A model generated the notes under the pieces. The model was given only the letters and a program-made list of their open reading frames with translations, did no database searches and was not told the origin of the DNA. This document shows, in pieces, positions 1-13,100 of a stretch of DNA of 64,000 nt (its first letter is position 1; each line of letters opens with the position of its first letter). The position numbers and the translations under genes are program-made. This stretch comes from Paraspadella gotoi (lineage: Eukaryota; Animalia; Chaetognatha): the NCBI GenBank assembly GCA_051294375.1, contig CM119270.1, forward strand, positions 15,747,845 to 15,811,844, in the 5' to 3' direction.

Positions 1-109
1 ACAAGAATAACCATGACAACAAAAACAATAAAAACACAACCGAAATAAAATTTGTTGGGTTTTGTTTTCAATGAACTCACTATTGCTTCTTCAAATGACG
101 TCATTGAAG

Positions 110-347
110 GACGACGACGACGACGAGAACGACGACGACGACGACGAAGATGACGACGACGAAGACTACGACGAAGACGACGACGAAAAGACTACGACGA
201 AGACGACGACGAGAAGAAACGACGACGACGAAGACGACGACGAAGACTACGACGAGACGACGACGAAGGACTACGACGAAGACGACGACGAGAACGAGAA
301 CGACGACGACGAAGACGACGACGAAGACTACGACGAAGACGACGACA
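110..347. repeat. Degenerate (GAC)n trinucleotide repeat tract
   Basis: Runs of gacgacgac interrupted by gaa/gag/tac; this is the source of the poly-Asp/Thr ORFs in the track. Confidence 0.9.
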
Positions 348-502
348 CATCTTTTGTCATTCGACTTGAAAAAGAAGAAAAGGCTTCACTTGACTTGAGG
401 CTTTAGCGACGCCCGTCGAACCAGAGATGAATTTTAATGTTTCGTCCAGCATTCTTCTTCTTTTCTCTTTCAATCATCTTTTTTTTTCTTTTTTTTTATT
501 AT

Positions 503-597
503 CGAGAGAGAGAAGAGATGAGAGAGAGAGGATAGAGGAGATGAGATGAGAGGAGAAGAGAGATGAGATTGGAGAGATAGAGAGGACAGAGACGAGA

Positions 598-629
<32 letters not shown>

Positions 630-630
630 C
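503..630. repeat. Imperfect (GA)n microsatellite
   Basis: Direct reading of the sequence. Confidence 0.85.
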
Positions 631-1616
631 AGCACTCAATCTCTCTCTCAAGATTCAATAAAGACTTTTTTTTTCACTTCTCTAAATTTCCAGGACTGAA
701 CGCTTCCTTATTTAGCCGGTAACGGATTAATTATTTATGGCTCATTCATTATTCAAAGGCCTTTCTTTCCGGATTAGAAACAGGAAGCATCTCTGTCGTG
801 ATAACCGATGAATTAAGAATATTTAGTTTTTTTTCAAACGATTAAAATGTTAGTTTGATATGAGAAGATTCAAGATGTTTAACGAAAACGACACCAACTA
901 CGACCAAAATAATAAATCCAGAGCCAAACCTTAATTGAAATCCCGATTGCCTTTTGTTCCTTACCTGGAATCTTCTCTCACTCTCCCTTACTCCCTCCCC
1001 TGGCGGAAAGTATGGGAAGCTTTAAAGTAGTTTCGCAGCCTCGAAAGCGTCATTGTTTCCAAAACTCTAAGACGGCGCGAGTTAAACTAACTCTTTTTTT
1101 GTGTGTGTACTTAATTTTAGTTGAGCGAGAGAGAGAGAGAGACGATGCCGCGGAAAGGGGAAATGAAATCGTCTCGTAAACGCAGAAACAAAAGAATATC
1201 CCGTCGCCCGTTTCCATTTTTTTCTTGTACGAGGCTCGCTGCACCCAACGATCCAAATTCGGTCTACGTGACTCATGAGTTTCCGTCTCTCGCACGAACC
1301 AGAAACACACAAAAAACACACACAAACACTTAAATAAAAAAACGCACCTGTTAAAACTAACCTCGCCTCGATATGAATCAAAAAACAAGTATTCTCTCGA
1401 CTCTAAATGTGTCTTAAGGATAAAAATAAAAAAGTCGAAACGTTTTAAATGTGTTTACTAACAAAACCCGTTGTCTGTGATTAAAACGAAACTAAAAACA
1501 ATATGATAAAGGGAAGCGAAAAATTAGATCAACGTCCGTCTCGATTATAATTTTGCAAAACTCGCACAATTCTTTATATATATATACATAAACGCAAAAG
1601 GATAGAGAGAGAGACG

Positions 1617-4600
1617 ATGTCGGTCCCTCTGAGCAACGTGTTGCTCAAACCCAAGAGTCACATGTCCTTCAGCAACGCCAAGGGCCTCCTCAACGGCCCG
1701 GGGGAGAACAATTGCTTTCTCAACAGCGCCGTCCAGGTCCTCTGGCACTTGGACGTCTTTCGCCGTAGTTTCCGCGAGCTCAGCGGCCACGCCTGCATGG
1801 GCGACAGCTGCATCTTCTGCGCCGTCAAGGTCATCTTCACTCAATTCCAATACAGCGAAAAGTCGGCGCTGCCGCCCAACTCTTTGCGGAAGGCGATGGC
1901 GGAGACGTTCCACGACCAGCGTCGGTTCCAGCTGGGCTTCATGGACGACGCCGCCGAGTGCTTCGAGAACATCCTCCAGCGCATTCACCTTCACGTGGCC
2001 GTCGACGAGGACGAGGACCGTTGCGCGGCGCCGCACTGCATCCCGCACCGCAAATTCGCCATGACGCTCGTGGAGCAGGTGGCCTGCGGCGGCTGCGGCG
2101 CCGTCTCTGAGCCGCTGCCCTTCACTCAGCTCGTCCACTACGTCTCCGTCTCAGCCATTTGTGCGCAGACGGGACGCGAGAGGAAAGGCGGCGCCGCGAG
2201 AAAGAATAACTTTGGCCTTTTGCTTCGAATGGCGTCGGCGATGGGCGACGCCCGCGATTGCCCCGTCAACTGCGGGGCGAGGAACGAGATTCTCCGGCTC
2301 TTGGTCAATTTGCCGGAAGTGGTCAGCGTCGGGTTGGTTTGGGACACGACGAACCCGTCGACTGAGCAGATCTCCACCTTGCTCAACGTCATCGGCACTT
2401 CGATCTTTTTGCCCGATCTGTTCGAACTGAAATCCGCGAGCGCCGACGCCCATCAGATGTCGCTGAGACTCGTGGGCGTGGTCACTTATTACGGGAAACA
2501 TTACTCAACTTTTTTCCTCCACGGGAGATTGAAGTTTTGGATCTATTTCGACGACGCGACGGTGAAAGAGATCGGTTGCTGGCCGGACGTCATCAACAAG
2601 TGCGTCAAAGGTCATTATCAGCCGCTGTTGTTGTTGTACGCGAATCCCAACAGTACCGTAATAAACACGGACTATGCGCTGAAGACGACGACCATCGTTC
2701 AAGGACCCAATTCCATAAAACCGACTCCAGCGCATCCTGCGAGACCCTCTTCGACTTCGACGAGGGGCGGGTCTTTCGATCTCATGGCCAAAGTGGATAA
2801 CGAGCATTTGGACGAGGAAAGGACCGTCAACGTGCGTCCAAAAGTAAAGACAAAAAAGCAGCACCAACGCTCGTCCAAAACGAAGGAGGAAGCGAGCGAT
2901 AGAGAGCCAGAGAATTTGCGCGAGCGTCGTCGTTCGAAAACTCCCGTTCCCGAATCGAATCACCCGGACGATCGCCTCGATCCCGGTTTGTACGCGGATT
3001 CCAAAAACAGAGCCAAGTATCGATCCGTCGGGAGCTGCGATGCGGAAAAATACAAGCAATTTTATCAACAGCAAAAACGAGAGGCCGGCGGGGAAATTAG
3101 TCTTAATCCGACGAATCAACAGCGAAGTCTGACGAGGCGAAATTCTAGCAAAAGTTACAATGAATACGTTAATAGCAACGATCATGAATTCGCACTTGCG
3201 CCGCACGAAGTTTACAGTCAAAAATTGGCCGTTCCATTAACTCTTAATACTAGTCACACGCAATCTTCGATTGAAACCGAGTTTTCAAGCATCAAGGATC
3301 AATCACCAAAGCCTTATAATCACACTAAAATGGAATTTACTTTGCCTATGTCACCTCAACCGCTTAACAAGAAGAACAAAAGCACAAAAGATATGTCAAT
3401 TGTAAAGAGTGATGCCTCTTGCAAAGAGTTAGAAACCGATTCATATTCACGTCACGAAAAGACGAGTAACAACGAATGCGAGTACGTGAACCAAGAAAAC
3501 ATTTGTTTTCAACCATCTAACAGACACGACCGCACTCAAGGCAAGATCGAAATAAAGTCCGAATCGAAAAACTCAAACGCGGGCAATCACGATCAAGTTG
3601 ATTCGGCTAAAGGAAGACAGTTTAGTTTGAGTTCGCGCGAGTCGGAAAAGGCTAAAGGCGCAGGAAATTATATCGACTTCAAGGACAACGTGGACGACAT
3701 CGATTTCAGCGCTTTGCCCCCACCATTCGATTGTCAGGACGAAAAGTTAGGAATCACGATTCGCAGAAGATCTCTCGAAGAAGCGTTTGGCTATGACAAT
3801 CAATTGCATCAAACGTCAGTCGTTCAGTCTCCCGATTTTACAGATAATTGTCGCGCAGATAAAGACCATGTAGACGGATATCAGTATGAAGTCCCAGTTA
3901 AAAATAGTTCTAATTTTATGAGTCATGTTAAAGAGTGGACTTCTAACGATAATGTTGACACCACTCTTGGCACTACGAGTTCAAGCAATGATCAACCAAA
4001 TTATATTTCGCAACGACAAGTTGAATCGATTCTCGTCTATCAGCAAATGACTCGGCTAAATATTACTCCTCCTTTAGCACCTTTGAATCCACCAAATGCA
4101 TCGGTCAGTTCCTATTCTTCTTCTTCATCTCTTGATTCCTATCATCACAAGGATAACTTCCTTCACTTTAAAAAGCCTAGTAACTCTAATTTGATGGCTA
4201 AATTACCAGCAAAACCCTCCCTTGGTGGGGATAAACTATCATTAGACTCTAGCTATCACAGTGACGAAAGTGGCGTTAGCGGTCCCAACTTCTTGAATCA
4301 TGGAAGTCAACACACCGGTTTTGCAAGAGATAGAAATTCTGGCACAAGTTCCAGCTGTGCTTCGGTTTCTATTGAATCGACTAATACAGAACCAACTTAT
4401 CACAACCCCTTAAAAAGTCATCCTCGTAAAACTCAAGCGTCACAAGATACAAAAGTTAACTATTTGTCTAACAGAGAAAATATGTCTTTTGGTAATCCAT
4501 CAGCCAGTTACTCACCGAATCCTTCAGGCACTGACTCAGATACCAACCGATCATCAGTCGATATTACTCCGACCAATCATCATTCTGTACTTACGGCAAA

Positions 4601-7496
4601 ACAACAACTAAATCCGGATTCTGTTCATTCACGCTTACATGAAACTAATTTGGACAGTGAAAATAAGTGCGAAAATATAATTTCTGAGTCAGAAGATTTA
4701 TTGGCGAGATCATTAAGAAAAGAAGGTAAGGAAACTAAGATAAGTTCTCATTTTAAGTTATTTTTAAAAGTACCCAGATGCTGATAAGTTAAAATTTTAT
4801 ATCTAAGTTTATAATTTTGAATTTTTTTTATAGTACTATTGACCACATTTTGTATGATTTTTCTTTTTTCCCTAATCTTTACAGCTGAAGGGGATTTGGC
4901 ATCATCCCTCTGTCTTTGTCTTTCTGCTGTGACCTGTTTAAAGAAAGCATTAGAACTTCCACATCTTAATCCAAAAACTTTGGCTGTCGCGACGGGAAAG
5001 AGGAATGCTGCGATTCAAAGAACCAAACGCCTTCATCAGACGATGCTTTCCCAGGGAACGGAGGCAAATTCCGCTGACCCAAATAAACATGAAACAGGAC
5101 AAAAGTAAGCTAAAGATAGTAATTGAACTAATAATTGAGAAACCATAACGGTTAAAAGCATAAAAGGAAAATAGCAAAATAACAGTAAAGGTCGAGTTTA
5201 ATTCTGCGGTTGGTTAAACTAAAAATGAAATTACTTATTGGTTGTTTCATTATTGATTCACAGGGTTGTTATTGTTGTTACAGTCGTGGTTGTTATTGTT
5301 GGTGTTTATGTTGCTAAAAGTTTATATTATTTCAGTGATTGATCACAAATTGATTTTAATTTAACTATTAGACTATTTAGTTTATCTTAGTTGAATAACT
5401 CGTTAATAATATAAAAATTTTCCCATTTTAGGTTACAACCTCTTCACGTCGATATTCCAAAGACGTCCTACTCAAAAAGCAGTTCATTTCGCTTGAGTAA
5501 GCAAAAAATTACCACGCCTTCATCTATGCAATCTTCTATGTCGTCAGTTTCCAATGTTCGGAAAAATATCGTAAATTCGGAAATTGCGTCTTCCCTAATT
5601 CACTCCCGCCCCTCGAATCCACGGAATCATGGGAAGAAAGAGCACATGCGTCGAATTGCGAGCTCGAGTAACATTCATCAAGGAACTAATTACGGCAATG
5701 GATCCAAGGGCGATGATTTCAAAGAGGGTCCCGTTCTGCAACAAACGCGGTCGCAAGGGTCACTCAATCACATTGCTGATTCACAACCAAAGAGCGGCAT
5801 AGATGAACGAAAAAGTATTGATGATTTATCTACTGGTTCGAGCTCTACAATTGACATTTATGCCACATTACCCAAACATCGAAAAAAACGAAGTGACAAA
5901 ATGAGAAGAGAATCAGAAGAATCGGATAATAAAAACCTTGATACTTATGAACCTAAAAGATTTTCAGAGGTAAACTACGACTACCCTCCTTCACACGGAC
6001 ACTGCAGCGATGAATTTCAAAGGGAATCTCTTACAAACGTTAGCTCGTCAATTGATAAGAACAATCCTTCGAGAAAAGGAAAAATTTCTAAGGAAGAAAT
6101 AAAAAAGCTGCTAATTGATGATATGCTCCAAAGGCAAGGAATGCAACCGGTGAAGCCAGTCCCAAAAAATGATAATGGAAATCAAGTGCCCATTGACAGG
6201 GATTCCTGTCAAAATTCTAATAATTGTGATATCAGTAATGACTTTCAACCTATGTGCAATAAATCTTACCCAAAAGAAAAACCCAATGTTAAACCCAATC
6301 AAAATTTAAGGTCCCAAAATGACTCCTCTCAATTGACTAATGAACAAAGCACTAGCTCGAATCCGCAGCTTCCTATTATTGATCAATTAAATTCTCTGCA
6401 GCAACAACTTCTACAAATTCAAAATCTTCACCCTGAATTATCACTGAGTGTAGATAATTTTAAACTAACGCAAGGAGATGCCATTAATCTTCAGGGCCAA
6501 ATTCAGTCATTACAGAATCAATTATATCAGATTGGTAACCAGCTTCATTCTACTTTTTTCATGCAGCAAAAAGAATCCCAACTGCCCAGTTCATATTCGA
6601 CAATGACTCAAGATAAGCATCATCAAAACCTATCTTCAGCACAAAACTGTGATGCATATCAGCATTCGAATGACCAAACCGAACTGAACGCTCCGCAGGA
6701 ATCTCAACTCACTTCATTAGAATTAGGAAAATATTGTTTAAAAACAGGAAAGACTGTTTTAACTGTAAATCCTTTTCATTCAGATGCAATTATTAATCAC
6801 AACATGGTAGAAGAATCTGTGTATGAAAAGAAAATTCCATGTTTATCCCGCAGCAATGAACTAACAACTCAAACTTCAAACGACCCGACTCCTTCTCGTC
6901 ACCCTTTGTCCCATCCTCACCAAACTCATACCTCCAGATATTCTCCGTCAGAAATCACCACTAGTCCTCGTGTAAATCCTTTAGATCTTGAATCGTCAGC
7001 GATTCAAGCAAACAATTCATCCTCTCAAAAGCGTTGCAACAATCAAGATAAATGTACCTTTCCCTCTACTAGTCATGAACAAACTGTTACGACAGTTGTC
7101 GCCTCCTCCAATTCTTCCAGAGACCCCAACCCTCCGATCTTTTGCACACTCCCAAGAAGAAAGACTCCCGAGTTGGACACCGAGAGAGAGGCGGCGAATC
7201 GCGGCAACGCGAAAGGCCGGAGGCCCTGCAACACGTCGTCGCCGAAAAAGAGCGTCACCTTCGCCGAACACATATCGATGCTGCCGACGTCGGCCCGCTC
7301 CGGCGGAGCGGCCGGAGCCGACGACTTTGCTGAGATGCCGTCGAGGACGACGGACGCTAAAGGTTTTGCTCACGATGAACAAATTTCTCGATCGTTGTGT
7401 TCATTGTGTGGAAAAACGCCGGTGGACGCTGGCGTAACCTACTGTGCCAATTGCTCTACTTACTTGCAACGGCTCAATGGCAAATCTTCTATGTAA
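1617..7496 (+). CDS. USP53/USP54: USP53/USP54-family ubiquitin-specific peptidase (echinus-like), 3 exons: 1617-4725, 4885-5104, 5432-7496, ~1797 aa
   Basis: N-terminal USP domain: KGLLNGPGENNCFLNSAVQVLWHL, RFQLGFMDDAAECFENIL, YYGKHYSTFF, WIYFDDA, HYQPLLLLY. Splice sites G|gtaag..acag|CT (phase 1) and AA|gtaag..ttag|G (phase 2) keep the frame. Helical MIT-like segment across exons 1/2; C-terminal CxxC..CxxC. Confidence 0.93.
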
Positions 7497-7686
7497 AATC
7501 TAGGTTCTATGCTAAGCTTGATTTTATTGTAATTCGTGGATACTCCCTTCATCATGGCTACCATGTGTTTTTGTTAATCTTTTAGCTTTTTTTGGAAATA
7601 TATTTCCTCCTGTCCTGGAAAAAAAACATATTCTTGAAGTCCTCGTTTTCTTATTTTTTAAAATTAAACAGTATACACTACAAAAA

Positions 7687-7721
<35 letters not shown>

Positions 7722-8365
7722 ATACTACAAAATAAACTTCCAAAAAATTATTTTAGAGTTCTTAAATAATAATAAATTTGAATAAACTATACACTTTATT
7801 CAAATTTATGAGCAAAATACAAAAAATAATCATTTCTAAAGTAATTTGTAGACAAAATCAACTAAGTCAAGTTTTCTGGTTTATATGTAAAACAAATTGA
7901 AATTAGGTAATTATGAACCATCATTCTCAGTCTAGTCGAAACTGAAAGTTAGGAATTTTATTTTTAAACTGACTTGTAATTTATAAGTATTAATGAGTTA
8001 TTGATGATGATTGGTATGAGTTTTATTACCTTTTAATGAGTTTCAAGTGAAATTAAATGTCTAGTCTGAAGTTAATATATAGTAGTTAGTGAAAATACAA
8101 AAAGTTATACCGATACAATACGTAGCACTTCAGAAGGAAAAAACATTAGTCAAAAACGTAGAACAGTTTGCTTATTAAAAAAAATTATGATTAATCCCAA
8201 AAGTATTTACATTTTTTTTTTTGTTTCCTCAATTCATTTACACCCTCGAAATTCCATCGCTTAAATTCTTTCGAGACGCCATTCCATTAATAAGTCATGC
8301 AATCCACCTCTGGTCGGTTCCATTGGCAACATGAAATAAACTCGCCCACATTTTTTTATCCAAAA

Positions 8366-8908
8366 ATGGAGGATCGAAACTACGACCGAAATTCATTCGA
8401 CCAATTTCAAGACGTTGAGGCTCAGAGGAAGGGCGGGATGAGACGACGACAGAGAGAGAGTTCATCCTCGAGATCTTCGTCGAGGTCGGCGTCTAAATCG
8501 CCGTCGAGATCATCGACTTCCAACACTTCTTCCAAAGCATCTCCTTCAAGATCACCGACGTCAGACAATGAATCGGTCTTCTACGGTCGTCCCGGATCGC
8601 CCACTCCTAGGACGCCCCCTTCAACCTTCGATAACCCCATATCCCGCGACTCATACTTGATTCGCCCATCATCAAAGCGGCCGCGTTCTCCAAAAACAAA
8701 ACCGCAAGAGGGCGCATGCGCTCCGTCTTATTGCGGACTGGCGCTGGCCACTCTCGTCATTGCACCGCCATGCGGTCTCGGGGCATTGTTTCTTGCAAAG
8801 TCGTCCATTGACGCCGCGGAAACCGGAAACGTGGAAAAAGCCCGGTCAAGGGGGCGGGGCGCGCTGGCATTATCTGTGATTGGAATCTGCATAGGGGAGA
8901 CTGCGTAA
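8366..8908 (+). CDS. CD225/dispanin (IFITM/PRRT-like) domain exon with a Ser/Pro/Arg-rich N-terminus; second helix incomplete in this exon
   Basis: PSYCGLALATLVIAPPCGLGALFLAKSSIDAAETGNVEKARSRGRGALALSVIGICIG fits the CD225 pattern (hydrophobic segment, G-x-x-x-x-A loop, start of a TM helix). ATG in aaaaATGG context at 8366; an in-frame upstream ATG exists at 8297. Confidence 0.8.
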   Translation: MEDRNYDRNSFDQFQDVEAQRKGGMRRRQRESSSSRSSSRSASKSPSRSSTSNTSSKASPSRSPTSDNESVFYGRPGSPTPRTPPSTFDNPISRDSYLIRPSSKRPRSPKTKPQEGACAPSYCGLALATLVIAPPCGLGALFLAKSSIDAAETGNVEKARSRGRGALALSVIGICIGETA

Positions 8909-10196
8909 ACTTGATAGATTAGATGAAAAGTATGACGAAATTGTTAAAAAATAGCAAGAAAACATTTTAGAAAATACTAAAAATATTAATTAAATGATGA
9001 TTTTATTCTTATTTAAGGGACTGCATCTGTTTATCGATCTGCTGATTACAATGATTAGTTGTAGATAAAATTATGAGTAACAAGGTAAAATCGTTATACA
9101 AAAGAATATTGTATTGATTTTGCTAATTTCATATCCTTTTCCAGTATAAAAGGGAACGCTTAATTGTTTTAGCAGCTCAGTATTATTAGTATTAGAGTTA
9201 ATATTAGTAACAGGCATAACAAAAAATAAATAAATAAGGTTTAGAGATGAAATGATAAAATTTTAATGGTTAACAACAACTACATGAAAACGGTCATCTT
9301 TCGATTAATTTTTAGACTTCATCAGTGCAAATGAAGTGAAATAAAGTTAAAAATTTATAAAATGAAATGAAAAGCGAGAAAAGTACACTTATTCTCAATT
9401 ATTCTATTTAAGTTTTAGCAAAATAACAGTTCACAAATTTTTTTTAAAAGTTATGAGCAAGTTCTATTTTTAGGTATTTGTTTTCGAAGTATCTCTTACT
9501 TATTTGGATAAAAATCTGACTAAGTTTCTAATATCACAGCTTATTACATATCTCTTAAAAATATCTATTAAAAAAAGTACGATTTTAATTGAAATAATTT
9601 TATCATTTTTCTATTCAGCATGCATATATTTAAGGTTTAAATTAAAAATACAAAAAATTATTAACAATATCTCTTAAAAGTTATAATAACAAATCCAAGA
9701 AAAAAAATTTAAAAAAACATTAGGGTTTATTTAAAAAAAACATAGAGATTAATATTTCTGCTTCATCCAATCCTTAAGCCTTATTCCCAATTCTAATTAA
9801 TTCATAAACTTAATGCCCAATTTCTAATGCTAACAACTTTAATTTTTAATTTATCTGAAATGAGGCGCTTTTGGAAAAGTTGGCGCATTCATGTCTGACA
9901 TAAAAAATTAAGATAAGTTAATCAAATTTAACCAAATTTAACCAAGGTATTTCTTATTTTGTCAATATGTATCCTTTCCTTATAAATAATACATTAAAAC
10001 AGTCTTCAGCAATAAGAATTTCATATGAGAAAAAAAAATTCAAAAGTTTTACTTATGCAGTATCATTTGTTAAGATTTTACTTTTTATAAGAATTTTTAA
10101 TGACCTACTTAATTGTTGCCCAATATTTCTGTAACAAATAGTACATATATTTAAAAAAAAATTAAACCTATCAAGTGACACGGTTACTTTATGCAG

Positions 10197-13100
10197 TTAT
10201 AATTATATGTGTAATTCTTCTCACCATGTTTCTCTACAAATACTATCATGGATGTCCTGCCGGCACTTATGACATAGCTCAGGATCTGTTAATTGAGTGT
10301 GCTTATTGCCCTGAGGGAACATTCAGTCCACAAAATGAAAAACTTTGTCTTCTGTGTTTGCCAGGTTTTTATAATGATATAAAAGGCAAAGAATTTTGTA
10401 ACCCATGTAGTGAAGGAACTTACAATGATAAATATGGTTCCATAAATATAACAGCTTGTATAAACTGTAAAGCTGGCTTTTTTAGAAATAGTCATGCAGC
10501 AAAAAGTGAATCTGACTGTTTACCATGTCCTCCCGGTACTTACTCAGTAGAAGGTTCCTCAAGTTGTATACTATGTGAAAAAGGTTTTTTTGCTGCAACA
10601 TCTGGAAGTAAAGTATGCGTCAAATGTCCAAAAGGATCATATAATGATAAAATTGGGCAAGTATCTTGTGAATGGTGCATACCTGGCACTTATAATACAA
10701 ATATTGGGTCTGCTTCAAAAGGAAATTGCCAGTGTTGTCCAGCTGGGACTTATTCACTTAATGGAAGTGAGATATGTACTCCTTGCCCAAAAGGAAGTTG
10801 GCAGGATCAAAAATGCAGTTCTAGCTGTACAAAAAAATGTGATAAAGGATTTTTTGGAATAATTGATGGTTCAATTGATAATACTACCTGTTTACCTTGT
10901 CCAGAAGGTCATTATTCGCCAGAGGAAGGAATGGCAAATTGCTTGAGTTGTCCAAAAGGAAGCTTTGCAGATTTGAAAGGAATGAACCTGTGTAAGTTAT
11001 GCCCCATAGGTACTTGGGAAAATAAAAATGGTAGTAAAATATGCTCTAAAAAATGTAATAAAGGATTTTATGGAACTCTTGTCGGATCACAAACTGTTAT
11101 TACTTGTGTTCAATGCCCAAAAGGGTCATTTTCTTCCCGTGAAGGAGAATCAAAGTGTGACTTATGCTCTGAAGGAACCTATACTGCTATTAAAGGCAGT
11201 ACCTCATGCATTTCCTGTCCTATCAGCAGATGGACAAATATCACAGGCAGTATTTTTTGTGATAATTCATGCCCTATCGGAACTTTTGGTACAGTAATAG
11301 GATCAAAATCTGAAAATGATTGTCAGGTGTGCCCAACAGGTACATATTCTCCTCAAGAGGGTTTGTCTCAATGTTTGCCATGCTCAGATGGGACTTTTAC
11401 AATATCAACTGGTAGTATAGAATGCAAAAAATGCCCAAATGGTTCCTGGGGATACAATTGTACCAATATATGTTCCATCGGTACTTTTGCTAAAATAAAT
11501 GAAACATCAAATATTACATTTTGCGTTAATTGTCCAAAAGGATCATATGGTCCAGTTGAGGGTGCAACATCTTGTTTGATTTGTGAAAAGGGTACATATT
11601 CCAATGAGTCTGCAAGTTCTGTATGTAAATTATGCCCACGTGGAACATGGGAGAATTCAACTGGAAGTAGCAAATGTTTTAACTCTTGTCCCCCAGGAAC
11701 TTATGGTACAATAGAAGGTGCTTACAACAATTCTAGCTGTTTTTCATGTAAAGCCGGAACATTTTCTTCAAAAAGTGGTGCAGCTAATTGTGAACCATGT
11801 CCAGCAGGATCCTATAGTAATGAATTGGGAGCAACTACTTGTATTAATTGTGATACAGGTTATACTTCTCTTTCAAGTAGTTTAACCTGTGACAAATGCC
11901 AACCTCATACATTTGCACCTGAAGCAGGAAGCCCATATTGTCAAAACTGTTCTGAAGGCTATTACATTAATTCAAACAGAACAACATGTTTAAAATGTCC
12001 CAAAGGAAGTTTTAGTAATGACAGTGAAGCAGGATGCATTACTTGCTTGCCAGGAACTTACAGTAATGTAACTGGTGCAACCGGTATTGAATTTTGTTTG
12101 CCATGCAAGAAAGGTTTTTTCAATGACAAAAATGGAGGTGAAGTTTGTTTTCCATGCCCAAAAGGATTCTATGCCTCCAAGGAAGGTAATGCCCTCTGTC
12201 ATCCTTGTGGAAAAGGTTTTTATGCAGATGTGGAAGGCATGGATTACTGCAAAGAATGTGGTTATGGAAGATTTTCCAATGATTTCAATTCGACACAATG
12301 TAATGCCTGTAGACCTGGTACATATACAAACTTAACTCAAAGTACCGAATGTATAAAATGCGACATAGGAACATCTTCTGCAAATGAAGGAAAAAGCTAT
12401 TGCACTCCATGCAGTCGTGGAGAATATGCTGACACACAGGGTTTAACAGCATGCAAATTGTGTCCCTATGGCACATGGGAAGATGAATTTGGAAGTTCCA
12501 ATTGTTCACATCAATGCATAGCAGGTACAAAAGGCATTACCTACGGAGCAACTAATATATCTACATGTGTTCTTTGTCCTATAGGGACTTATTCAAATGA
12601 TTTGGGCAATACTCTTTGCAATTTATGTCATGCTGGAACCTATGCAAATTCACTTGGCAGTATTACATGTGACCCTTGTCCTCAAGGTCAGTGGACAAAT
12701 GTTACAGGAAGTTCTTTATGTGAAAGAAAATGTTCAATTGGCAGATATGGTGTGAAAGAAAGCTCGACATCGGACTTGGATTGCGACCCCTGTCCTGAAG
12801 GAACTTATGCGCCAAGAGAAGGAATGAGCAAATGTATCAGTTGTCCAGATAGTACTTATGCACTTAGTGTTGGAAACTCTAAATGTTTTGATTGCCCAAA
12901 TGGAACATGGGGATTCAATTGCACGCAAAAATGTAGCAAAGGATACTATTCTGTTAAAGATAATGATAATATTACCAATTGCATTCCATGCTTAAAAGGA
13001 ACTTTTGCTCCCAATGATGGAATGCCAAGTTGTTACCCATGTGAAAAGGGTACATATTCTGATATTTCTGGAAGCATTCAATGTAGTTATTGCCCAAAAG

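Noticed and set aside
62-406. Poly-Asp/poly-Thr ORFs
   Set aside because: Translation of a (GAC)n repeat that is open in several frames; TTG start, no domain.
1545-3221. Antisense and alternative-frame ORFs over the USP exon (and similar ones over the SERTA, Cys-rich and ENT exons)
   Set aside because: Shadow ORFs caused by codon bias of the real genes.
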